A program made the position numbers and the translations under genes. DNA of 64,000 bases from Octopus sinensis. Its lineage: Eukaryota. Positions 15,696-27,385 of this stretch are shown piece by piece (within the stretch, counting starts at the first letter, position 1; each line of letters starts with the position of its first letter). Location of the stretch: positions 75,640,001-75,704,000 of the forward strand of contig NC_043001.1 of assembly GCF_006345805.1 (NCBI RefSeq). Reading direction: 5' to 3'. Under the pieces are notes generated by a model. That model was given only the letters and a program-made list of their open reading frames with translations, was not told the DNA's origin and searched no databases.

Positions 15696-16103
15696 TTCAG
15701 TAAAGCATTCAAAGTAGCTATAAAATCATTCCTCTTTAGTATAATGTTTTGGCTATAAAGATTGGAAAAGATCTAAGGTAGATTGTTGCTCTCTGTCTCT
15801 TTATTCTTTATATTTCTGCCATTTGTAGCCATGCACCTTCTGTTAAGTGACATGGCTCACTGTTTCAGGAAATATCACCATATTTTTGTATTTTTATTTT
15901 CATCAAAGCTCATCGTACGCGGTTTGAAAAAATTGCTAATCACCGGAATTTATGCTTATCATCAACAAATTCTTTCCGTTTATAATTCAATTTGCACTTG
16001 AGTTTCCTTAGTTTATTAAATAATATGTATACGTGGGTGTGTGTTTGTGTGTGTGTGTGTGTATGTGTGTGTATGTGTGTGTCTCTCTGTCTGTGTGTAT
16101 ATA

Positions 16104-17288
16104 CGAAGGGATACCCAAAAGAAACCGGAATTTTGCAATATTATTTTATTTACTTAGCTTTAAAGTATTCTTCGTTTGAAGCAATGCATCGGTCTAGCTG
16201 CATTTTCACTGTTCGAATAAGTCACAGGGAGCAAGATCGGGTGAATAGGAAGGCTGGGTGAGCGGGGACATGTCACTGTTGGTCAAAAACCCTCTGACAC
16301 TCAAGTGGGTGTGCGCAGGCGCATTGTCGTGATGAAACCACTACTCACCACTTTTCCACAGTTCGTGACATTTTCGTCTCACCGCGTCTCGTGAACGATT
16401 CAAAACTTTAAAGAAAAATGTCTAGTTAACACTTTGACCAGGAGGTACAAATTCTGAGTGGACAATTCCTTTTGCATCGATGAGACAAATCAGCATCGTC
16501 TTGACACTGGACTTCACTTGACGCGCATTTTGGAGGCGTAATGACATTGAATTATTCCATTGACTTGAACGCTACTTCGTTTCTTGGTCGTAGCTGTAGT
16601 AGCAGCTTTTGTCACCAGTGATGATCTTCGGAAAAAGTCTGGATCAACTTCAAACTGTTCTTTCAGTCTTTCAGTTCATGACACGCATTTAATCGTGACG
16701 GCTTTTGATCTTCCGTGAGCAAGCGAGACACAAATTTTGCTGCAAATCTTTTCATTCGCAATTCCTCGCTCGAATTTAATTCTCAGGAACTTCAGGACAC
16801 ACCAGCCATATCAACAAGTTCGTCAGTTGTTCAACGACGATCCTCCAGGGCCGGTTCACTAATTTTCGTGATGCTTTCATTCGTTCGGGAGGTCGATATT
16901 TGTCTTCAAGCGAGTTTGGCCTTCAAGCGACAAGGGACCATTCCTAAAGCCTAAGAACCATTCGTAAACTTGTGTTTTGCTCATAGCAGCGTCCTTGTGA
17001 GTTTCTTGAATCTTAACAACTATTTCGGTCGCCGTATTCCATAAACAGAAAACAGAATTTCACGGAAGTATGCTGTTCCTTCGTTTCAGCCATCGCAAAA
17101 ATCGACGAACAGGGAAGAAGCGCTGCAAAACAAAGACGCACAACGTGACAGTACAAATACACTCGAAAACGCCGGTTGGCAGCCTGATGCCCGAGAGTCG
17201 CATTAAATGGCTTCCAGCGACGGAAGCCTGAACTACAACTGACTTGTCGCACAGGAAACGTTTCTTGTTAACTTTGAGTACTCCCTCG
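16104..17288 (-). mobile_element. Near full-length degenerate mariner (Tc1/mariner) transposon
   Basis: TA-flanked imperfect TIRs (cgaagggatacccaaaag / ctttgagtactccctcg). Frameshifted transposase with KEQHTSVKFCF, TQVYEWF, WFHHDNAPAH and PSYSPDLAPCDLF. Confidence 0.92.
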
Positions 17289-17304
17289 TACAGACAGACA
17301 GACA

Positions 17305-17353
<49 letters not shown>

Positions 17354-18149
17354 GGAATTAGTGTAATATCGATTTTTAGTGTGGTATATCTTCTGATTGG
17401 GCGCTTGCACGGCTGTGTGGTTATGAGATTCGCTTTACATCCACGTGGTCGGGAGATCAGTCTTACTGCGCAACACCTTCGGCAAGTATCTTCTATTATA
17501 TATGAGTGTGCGCTTTGTGCCTTTTTCTTTTGTCATCCTGCCGCCACTGCTTGGCAACCGGCGTCGATTTGCTTATGTTCGCATGAGCTAACGGTTCAGC
17601 CAAAATTACCGATACTCCTGGATTTGATTTGTTCGACTAAAACTCTTCAAAGTAGTTCCCGAGTATGGCTGAAACAAGTACATGGTACAAGCAAGATCAA
17701 TGAAATCGATTATTTGCTTAATTATTGCAAACAGAAGTATAGTTTTACATCAGTTATACGAACAGGTTTCTGAGGGGAACAACAACAACAATAACCGGCA
17801 ATTAAACTTATTCTATCTATAATCCATAACATTCATGTAGTGGAGAGTTACCTTTCGTGAAGGAAATATTTGTTCCTGAACTTCTGTTGTTTACCATCCG
17901 ATCTTCCAACACGTTCCATCTGGGTCTACTTGCTTTATTTTTTCAGTCATTGCATATCTCCCATTGTATAATGTTTCTTTCCCTTTTCATGTGTGTAATT
18001 TTCTGAAGATTTTCTGTTATTTCTAGCTGGTCAAGCGAATGTGTAGAGAGTCCCTCTATGTTTCGGTTTAATTAGGCTAATTAATTTGTAAACTGCTGGT
18101 AATGACGCTGAGGCTTATAAATGAACATATTTTAAATATACTCTGAGTG

Positions 18150-18305
18150 TATTATTTGCATTATTTACATTATTTACATTCAACGGATATTTGTCCTCAT
18201 CTTGTTTGTTGTTAACACGTTTCGGCTGATAAACCCTCCAGGATTCTTCAGGTGTCTTGGGGAAATTTCGAACCTGGGTTCTCATTCCTAAGGTATTTTT
18301 CGATG

Positions 18306-18385
<80 letters not shown>

Positions 18386-18788
18386 ATTATTATTATTATT
18401 ATTATTATTGTTGTTTAGGTCACTGCTTGGAATCGAACTCGGAATCTTAACCTCTACGCCATATGCCCACGGGCATATAGCGCAGTGGTTAAGAGTGCGG
18501 GCTACTAACCCCAAGCTTCCGAGTTCGATTCCAAGCAGTGACCTAAACAACAATAATAATAATTATAATAATAATAATAATAATAACAACAACATCACAA
18601 AATACCTTAGGAATGAGAACCCAGTTTCGAAATTTCCCCCAAGACACCTGAAGAAGCCTGGAGGATATATCAGCCGAAACCTTGTGTTAACAACAAACGA
18701 GATGAGGACAAATATCCGTTGAACGTAAATAATGTAAAAAATGTTAAAAAGTGCACATAATTTCTCATCTCTTAAATATAGAACTGTA
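18150..18788. mobile_element. Palindromic head-to-head non-autonomous element: tRNA-like head + (AAT)n + hammerhead-like tail, TSD-flanked
   Basis: Arms about 18164-18468 and 18471-18738 are reverse complements around atatgccc-ac-gggcatat. A box TAGCGCAGTGG at 18478, B box GAGTTCGATTC at 18521, CTGAAGA...GAAAC at 18648-18680. tactctgagtg is duplicated at 18139 and 18787. Confidence 0.85.
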
Positions 18789-19693
18789 CTCTGAGTGCAG
18801 TCATGTAGTTTTGAAATACAAGTCTGAGACAATCTATTACGTCCCGTACCTTTGTACGTCTGTATATTCATTACAAATATAAATACTGGTATTTTCATCT
18901 AAGACTGTTTTAAGTCCGTATATTAATTTAATTCTAGCCCAACTTTCTCACAAATCAGTAAATGTTATTTTTACTGGTTTCCATAGCGAAATCAGCATTT
19001 TTTTCAGCTCAAAACAGTGTTTTTAACACAAAATTCTTTTAGATAAAATATTACCGTTAGTGCCGATCCACCTTTGTATAGCCATTATAAAAGTTATATA
19101 TAGCGGTATTTAATCTAGGGCTGAATAAAGTTCGTATGGTAATGTTTGGAAGGACATTTCTAACAAAAATAATGATAAAAGATACAATATTAGACATTTT
19201 ACTTCCGTTCATCGCTACAACTCTTTTCTGCTTAAGAAACAAATATTCTTTGGAGAATGAAATTCTAAAATAAGTTCAGATTTATTTCATGTACTAAAGC
19301 AAGCCATAGTATATATTTTTATGACATCATGTCTCATATTTCGTTAAAATCCGAAACCAAGTTTCTTCAGAATAAAGGTACTTTTTTATCATTTGGCTAT
19401 TTTGCTTTTCTATAATACATTCGTCACAAAATAAATATATATTTTTATCTATGTTTTGCTTTTTAATTGCTTCAATCGTTGGACTACGATCATGCTAGAG
19501 CACCACCTTGAGGTACCGAATAAATCGACCCTAGTATTTGCATGTTTTTAAGTCCGCTACTCATTCAGTCAGACTCTGTTGCTTGAACCACTATGATAAT
19601 GTAACATAAACAAATCAACACTGGTCGTCAACCAATGGGTGATGGGACAAACACAGGAAAACACACACACACACATATTTACATACATACATA

Positions 19694-20415
19694 TTAGGTC
19701 TGATCAATAAGTATCCGAACTGTTGCCATAGTAACGAAGCTAAAGCACGCAGAGTAAAGCCTCTTGGTACAGTTTGATCTTGACCTCTGCTGAACATGCG
19801 CACCAAGTTTTAACGTTCTGACTCACTTCCGCTGTTTACAGCAGTGCTTCGAAGTAACGTGTGTAACGTATGATCATCGCTGTTACCATGACAGAGGAAG
19901 TTGTCATGGCGATACCTGCTCAGAGGCCAATGCAAAGCTGCAGAAAGTGTATGGTGGGGAGTGAACAAGTTGCACACAGGTGTATGAGTGGTTTAGACAT
20001 TTCAAAGATGGTCGAATCACAATCCATGAGTTATCAGAGGATGTTCAGATTTCTTATGGTTCAGTTCAGTCCATTATCACTGAAAATTTGGGTATGAGAC
20101 GCGTATCCGGAAAGTTTGTGCCAGAACTGCTTTCAGGTTACCAAAAAGACACTCGGGTTTCATTTGTACAAGTTCTCCTTGTTTGTGTAGAGAACGATGA
20201 AAACTTTTTGAACATTTTGCATAGGCCTCTGAGCAGGTATCGACAATCAGTTGGCAAAGTTTGATGCAGATTCTCTGCTCCACTTTCTCTATTATGGTCA
20301 ATGCGACGGACATACCCTACACACAGTACTTCCAAGCACTGCTGTACACAGCAGAAGTGAGCTAGTACGTTAGCACTTAGTACGCGTGCACAGCAGATTC
20401 ACTCTGCGTGCTTTA
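19694..20415. mobile_element. Mariner derivative made of two 5' ends in opposite orientation
   Basis: + strand QVYEWFRHFKDGR..ISYGSVQSIITENLGMRRVSGKFVP (HTH region); - strand EKVEQRICIKLC..DTCSEAYAK; taaagcacgcagagt inverted at 19741 and about 20415. Confidence 0.8.
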
Positions 20416-20878
20416 AATAATATAAAAGATGTTATAAAATGCACATAATTTCTCATCTCTTAAATATAGAACTGTACACTGAGTGCAGTCATGTAGTTTT
20501 GAAATACAAGTCTGTTTGAGATATTTCGCTGAGACAATCTATTACGTCCCGTAACTTTGTACGTCTGTATATTCATTACAAATATAAATACTGGTATTTT
20601 CATCTAAGACTGTTTTAAGTCCGTATATTAATTTAATTCTAGCCCAACTTTCTCACAAATCAGTAAATGTTATATTTACTGGTTTCCATAGCGAAATCAG
20701 CATTACTATGGTGACAAGACCACGTACATAAATATACGAGTGAATGGGTAAACGAAAGAAACAGGTACTTAACACATTTAATAGCAGTAACATTATCATT
20801 TAAAACAGTTTGATCCGGCTCCATGCTTCAAGTTCTGCAGGCCTCTTTACAGAAACCTAGCTTACACACACACACACA

Positions 20879-20949
<71 letters not shown>

Positions 20950-21409
20950 GGAGATGTACTTGCATAGCAAGTGATTTGATCTGAGATCGTGTGCTGAAAC
21001 GAAAACAATTGCAGCGTGGAAGGTGTTTGTAAACCATTTAAGAAACACACAAAAGCCATTCGATTCACTTCAACATTTAAGTTTAATTTGTCAAAATATT
21101 TTCGTCGCTTTAAGGCCGCGACCTGTTCACTGACAAAAATCTGTGCTGCATCCGTGCTGCATATATATACATATACATACATACATACATACATACATAC
21201 ATACATACATACATACATACATACATACATACATACATACATACATACATACATACATACATACATACATACAATGGGCTCCCGCAGTGTTTCCGTCTAC
21301 CAATTTCAATTACAGGGCAAGCACTAGTCGGCACAGGGCTATAGTAGAAGAAAGTTACCCAAAGTGGGACTGAACCTGGGTTGTAGTGCATGCATACAAT
21401 CAGCCAGCC

Positions 21410-21710
21410 TCTTGTTTTCAATCCAATCATTGATGCCGTCACTCCAAAAATGTCTTTGCCTCTTGATCTCCACACTTCCTTTGGGGATTTTCTTAGTGAC
21501 TCGTGGGGTATTGTTTGTCCAAAATACAACTTTGTGGATTTGATTTTCAACAATAGATGAATTTGGATTTGCAGCTTCTCTAACAATGCAAGTTTTTACC
21601 CTGGCTATCCAGTTTATACTTCCAATCTGCGAAATGTCTATATCTCAATAACTTCTGCTTTATCTCGACAGCTGTGTACATTATCCAAGTCTCTCATCTG
21701 CAGAGAGCAA
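21410..21710 (-). mobile_element. Highly degenerate RTE-like LINE 3' fragment
   Basis: Frameshifted ETWIMYT..., INWIARVK..VREAA and GSVEIKRQRHFWSDGINDW resemble the RTE ORF C-terminus. Confidence 0.5.
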
Positions 21711-21901
21711 CTGGCGTACTATAACAATTTACTAGCCTTTAACAATTTACTAGCAATGTTATGTTGTTGTTTATTTTGTGATGAATTTAGCTCTCATTCT
21801 TATATATGTCACTTTAGCCTTAATCCCATCGTATCCTTCCATTTTGCGCTTTGTCAGAAATGTTCAAGTTTCGTTTAAATTTCCCTTTTGTGTCGTTGCA
21901 G

Positions 21902-22122
21902 GTATCCAGATTTTATTTACGCGAGGCTGTGCAACCTTTTTCCAAGACGAAAAATGCATAATAAGGAACGTAACGAGAGGTCGACAGAAAAATGTATGTT
22001 TCCGTACATGTGCCACAGACGGATGCAATGCTGAAGGATTGAAACTTCGAGCGTCTTCTCTAAATATCCAAGCTTCTTTCAGTTTTGTTATTGCTACAAC
22101 TTGTTTCAGTTTCTTCCATTGA
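21902..22122 (+). CDS. Terminal coding exon of a Ly6/uPAR (three-finger, quiver/sleepless-like) GPI-anchored protein; upstream exons not identified
   Basis: Acceptor tttcccttttgtgtcgttgcAG|gt (phase 1). Frame (G)IQILFTRGCATFFQDEKCIIRNVTRGRQKNVCFRTCATDGCNAEG... has RGC, a middle Cys and the CxxxCxxDxCN end typical of invertebrate Ly6 domains, then a small-residue omega region and a hydrophobic C-terminal tail (ASFSFVIATTCFSFFH*). Confidence 0.75.
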
Positions 22123-24678
22123 ATTTTATATTTGTTGTTCGTTTCCTTATCCTATTATTGAGGATGGCGGAGAGGTTTAAACTGATTGGTGCAAACCAGT
22201 TTATGATCCGGTTTCGATTTCTACTTGAAAACTATTTTACATATTTTGCCAATAGCAACAACTTCTTCAAATTTTTTTCTTTGGCGGCAAATCGAAAATG
22301 TCATGTCTGTGTGAAAAATCAAAATGCATTAATTATTCGCCTTTGGTTATTTCATAGTGAGCTTTTGCACACGGTTCTTATCTCGTTTGCTGAGGCATAT
22401 CTATTGACTTTTCCTCCGGTGTGTTTTATATTAATCCATCGGCAAATATCAACATGACGTTAACGATTCGTTCGAAGAAGAATAGAAAAACTATGGTTCA
22501 CAGTGCTTATTTTTATTGAGAAGTGAAAATTTTGCTTCCCAGTACTCTACGACGGTATAATATAAAGTGAAGGTAAAGGATTTAAAGGAGAATATTATAT
22601 ACACTCATATATGTAAGCATCAAAATTAGCAGTGAGGTATACTCACTCACACACACGCATACACGCACATACATACATATATATTCACCTGAACTGAAGA
22701 TCGTGTGTTTGACAGAGAATGAGTGAGAAAAGAAAGGGAAAATAAGAATGAGAATGAATATAAAAATGAGAGAGAGAAAAGAGAACAGCCATATTTAAAA
22801 AAAAAAGGAACAAATAGTTTTCAAAATCTTATTGAATAAAAGTATCGCCAAATTTAATCGTGCAAAAAAAAAAATTAATCATATTTAGAAATGCATGAAG
22901 CAATCATGGATATTTTCAAGTTTTGCAGGTTAACATGTTTTATATGTTTTAAAAGTGCTGCCAGCTTCATTTATTTATATTAAATATGGATCCATTTACA
23001 TGAGGTAAAAGACAAGTAAAATTGAAGAACAGGACTAATACTAAAACACAATGTGGCAGAATGTAGAAGGGAAAACCAAGATAAACTTCTATTGTATGCA
23101 ATTAAAATGTCAGCCGGATCTATATGATTTTTGACTTACCTTGACTAAATACAATGCCATTTTATAATGACGCATTTTATGAAGTTACTACAGGGTTACC
23201 CCGTAGATAGGTTACTTTGGACGTATACTTTTGTCACCATTGGTAATATCAGGAAATATATGCAATAATTATAATTCAACTTTTATCAAATTTCTTGTTG
23301 ATTATAAAAAAATGATGAAAGAAAATGCTAATTTCCAAAAGAAAAATATTTATTGCATTGAAATAAAATCCAATATCCCAAATTTCACAATTATATAAAG
23401 CCCTCCTTAACTTCTATGCCATTTACTTCTTTTCCCTTCCTCTTCAGTTATAATTCTTTCTTTCTAACTGTGTGTAGCGTTCCTTTTACTCATTGCCTGC
23501 CTCAAAGCTTAGTATGTGCACCCATCCTGCACTTCATATGTTAACTCAACGTATCTTTCTTCTACTTCTCTCCCTCGCAATCTCTCTCTAGCTCTCTTTC
23601 TTTCTCTCTGAGAAATTGCAGCTAAGTAGATTCTAATTAATTTCAAAGTAATCAAGAGTACACATTTCTGTGAAGTATTTAAACGAACATTTTAGCATCC
23701 CGATTGCCACAAACAACTTAACTTGTTGCAATTCTTTGTAAAACAAGCAATGTGGCATTTTATCGTCGTCACGCATCTTATCTTATATCATGCAGAGTTT
23801 AGATCATCACGCTAGTTTCTAATATATTCCTCGAATTAGCAACAACTCGTCTCTAAAACCCTAAACATTCATAGATATCGACGAGTTTATTTCTTGGATT
23901 ACGAAAGATAAATGGTCACAATGCATTTTCTCCCTGTAAATTATCCAGTTATTCTGACTCGTATCGTGCAATAATTCACGTTACAGTGAGGCTAATTTGT
24001 GATGATGAAAACTACGTTATGATCGTTTCAGACTGTTTCCTGATCACACGCAAAGGGGTTCGAAAAAATTAACTGGTTAGTTATTTCCTATTCAGGGTGT
24101 TGGTCATTTGTGCAAACAGTCTAAATAGGTGAAAGCAGCAGTCATTTTCAGTTTCTCACCATTTAAAAAGTGTAGTAGACATTAAGATTTTTTATAACAG
24201 GTAAACAGTGCAATCTTCAAAAACCGCTGGCGGTGATACTTGAGATTTTTTTTAATTTGATGAGAAACTTAGTTGCATACATAGATATGCGTGTGAATGT
24301 CTATGTATATACATACATATGTGTGTGTGCAATATATATATATATATATTCAAGAAAGTTAGAGATTGTGAATCCAACCAACTAAGGAATAATATCTATC
24401 CAATATACTGCTGATAGAATACTCAATTATTAATACATAAGTGCTTTTTATCGCATTGCAATTACATTACCGAGTGTACTAAATGGGTGAAGGTAAAGAG
24501 ATAGTTTACCATTAATTTATATAGCAATAAGAAAATAGAGGAGATCAATAGGTGGTTCATCAACTTTTAGACATTATATAATGTCAACTTGTCATTTTAG
24601 TAAATAGATAAATAAGTTACATAATATAATGTCTAAAAGTTGATGAACCACTTATTGATCCCCTCCATTTTCTTATTG

Positions 24679-24714
<36 letters not shown>

Positions 24715-24975
24715 TAATCACGTAACCGGCCCGATATTTCGATGTTGCTACACATCGCTGGTCACACCACGCTTTGCATCGTTTTAGGTTTCGAATGATG
24801 CCACTCTGCTGGCTGGGCCAGCAGGCAAATATACCCCGAGACGAAAGGGGGAAGCTACATGAAATGAAGTGTGCTGCTCAAAAAACAAAAAAATACAACG
24901 TGACACCTGGTTTGGGAATCGACCCCACGTACTAACGATTGCTTTGCAGTAGCCAAACACTAGATCACACGTTCT
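24715..24975 (-). mobile_element. Decayed tRNA-derived SINE
   Basis: Minus-strand B-box-like ggggtcgattcccaaaccagg followed by a SINE-like body. Confidence 0.5.
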
Positions 24976-25646
24976 AAGGCAACACACACACACACACACA
25001 CACACAGCTATGTATGTATGTATGTATGTATGTAAGTATGTATGTATGTATGTATGTATTTATGTATGTAAGTATGTATATGTGCTCGTTTACGTTTATC
25101 ATATTTCTTTCGGAATTACAGAGGACAATATGAACAATGATATGAAAGAGATACACAAATACACGCGCACATTGCTTTGCTTGAGGTCAATTTAATGAAG
25201 TCCCTAGTTACTTGCCCGTCATGCTTCTGTGCAAAAGTTGCAGTATTTTAATAAATATATGTCACAATCACTTGCTTTTGCCGGGATTTTTTTCTCATAA
25301 TCTGATGATTAAATGTTTACAGTTTTGTTTTGTCAATTAATATTAAAAACTCCACACTTTTGAAGTTGCCTTGCATTGAGTTTACTACAGCGGCTGCGAT
25401 TTTTATATGAAACATTGAACAACTTTGTAAAGAGTTTCTCAGCTGTAAATAATAAGGATTACATTCTGCAGTACACGCTATTGGCCTTCAGGTTGTCGGC
25501 TGAAGTAATTACCGTATTAAATATTATAAATATGCTGCGTTGGTATAACTTCTGCGAGCCACATTTGCATGGAAACTTTACGACACTGGTTCAATATATA
25601 TAATATATATAATATATATATATATATTATATATATATATATATAG

Positions 25647-25685
<39 letters not shown>

Positions 25686-25707
25686 GTGTGTGTGTGTGTG
25701 TGTGTGC

Positions 25708-25739
<32 letters not shown>

Positions 25740-25825
25740 ACGTACGTATGTATGTCTGTACATGTATATGTATGTATGTATGTATGTATGTATATATATA
25801 TATATATATATATAATATCTATCTG

Positions 25826-25870
<45 letters not shown>

Positions 25871-25993
25871 ATATATATATATATATAATATATATATTAT
25901 ATATATATATTATATATATATATAGATATCATTTATATTATTATTTAATTGAAAACAACGCATCTATTTCCAAGTAAGTAAGTATATATATAT

Positions 25994-26025
<32 letters not shown>

Positions 26026-26490
26026 GTGAGACTTATGCGCACGTATCTTAGGTTATCGTTTGGGGTTTGCGCGTTTGTGATGTGTCTCTGTTGATGCGTG
26101 CGTTTTGCATATGCTATTGTTAGAATTTGAAATTCAAATTCACTTACAAATATCAGAAAACAGAGAAATTTGCTCTCTTAAGTGTGATATAATATAACGT
26201 TCTGTTACAATAATAGGAACATGTTCTCGATCTCACTCCTCTAATGTAATCTTTATTGCTTGCAATCAATTTTTCTAAATATATTACTGAATCCAATGTA
26301 TGTTAAATGGAAACCACTTGTGTGTTTCAAATAAAATTAACATCGTTCTTATAGATTCTTTGATGGTTAGTTTTTATTCCTATTTTGATTACATTGTTCG
26401 TTGTTGAGGATGGTTAAGAACTCTCAATTGCATTGTTAAATTCGTATTTCAGCAGAAATGAAAATATCGTTACTTTACCATATCAACTTG

Positions 26491-27385
26491 CCGTATTTAC
26501 GGGCGTAAGACGCACCGTCGAATAAGACAGACCCCTTTTGTATAAGTAAAGCTTGTAGTAAAAAAATAGTATGTCTCATGATACATTTACTGAAAGGTTT
26601 CTGCGGCGAAAACTTATAATACTGTGTAAGTGCTTACAATACTGTAAGACAATATACTGAAATACAGTTCATTTTTATCATATATAAACTATGCTAGGAA
26701 GTATAGTATTTCAACTTTGTGTTCTTTGAGCTCATCTGTATAGTTGCATATATTTTCGGTAACAGAATTTCCATGTACGGTGTAAATCCTGCGTTTCTGG
26801 CCATGATGGTTTATGTAAACGCGATCAGCTAGTAGGGTGGCGCACGGTCGCTATGGTTTTGTTCTCATCAACTCATTGCAAATAGTTAATAAAAATGACA
26901 GCAATGTTAACAAATTTTCATGAAAGTTTGTTAACATTGCTTTCATTTTTTTAGGAGAATTTTTAATTTCGAAAATTAACAAGTGTTTCTTAAATGTAAC
27001 AGCATCATTAAATACTGTAAGATACATATACGTTATGGGCTATGTATGCTGAGAAAGGAGGTATAATGAAATGATGGCATTTCCCCGAAAAACTGTAGGC
27101 AATGTTCGGAGGTTTGTGCCAATATACTGTGATATTTTGACTTGTTTCTCTATTTTATTATTAGTAACAATTATCTGTATGGGATCAATAAAGTAAGTAC
27201 CAGTTGCAATTTCTAGCGTTGTTCAAAAATTTGATATCATTATTAATAACAATTACTGTGCCTGTTGGACTTTCACTCATGCGTCTCTTCAGCCCAAGAC
27301 CATTCGTTATACCGTCGTATTAAACGCAGGGTAATTTTTTGATAGATTTTAAAATAAAGCACATTTTATACGCCGGCAAATAAGG
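26491..27385. mobile_element. Non-autonomous Tc2/pogo-type DNA transposon
   Basis: Imperfect TIRs ccgtatttacgggcgtaagacgc / gcacattttatacgccggcaaataagg followed by TA; no coding capacity seen. Confidence 0.6.

Noticed and set aside
18471-18545. Functional tRNA gene
   Set aside because: A and B boxes and an anticodon-like loop are present, but I could not pair an acceptor stem, and it runs into an element body with a TSD.
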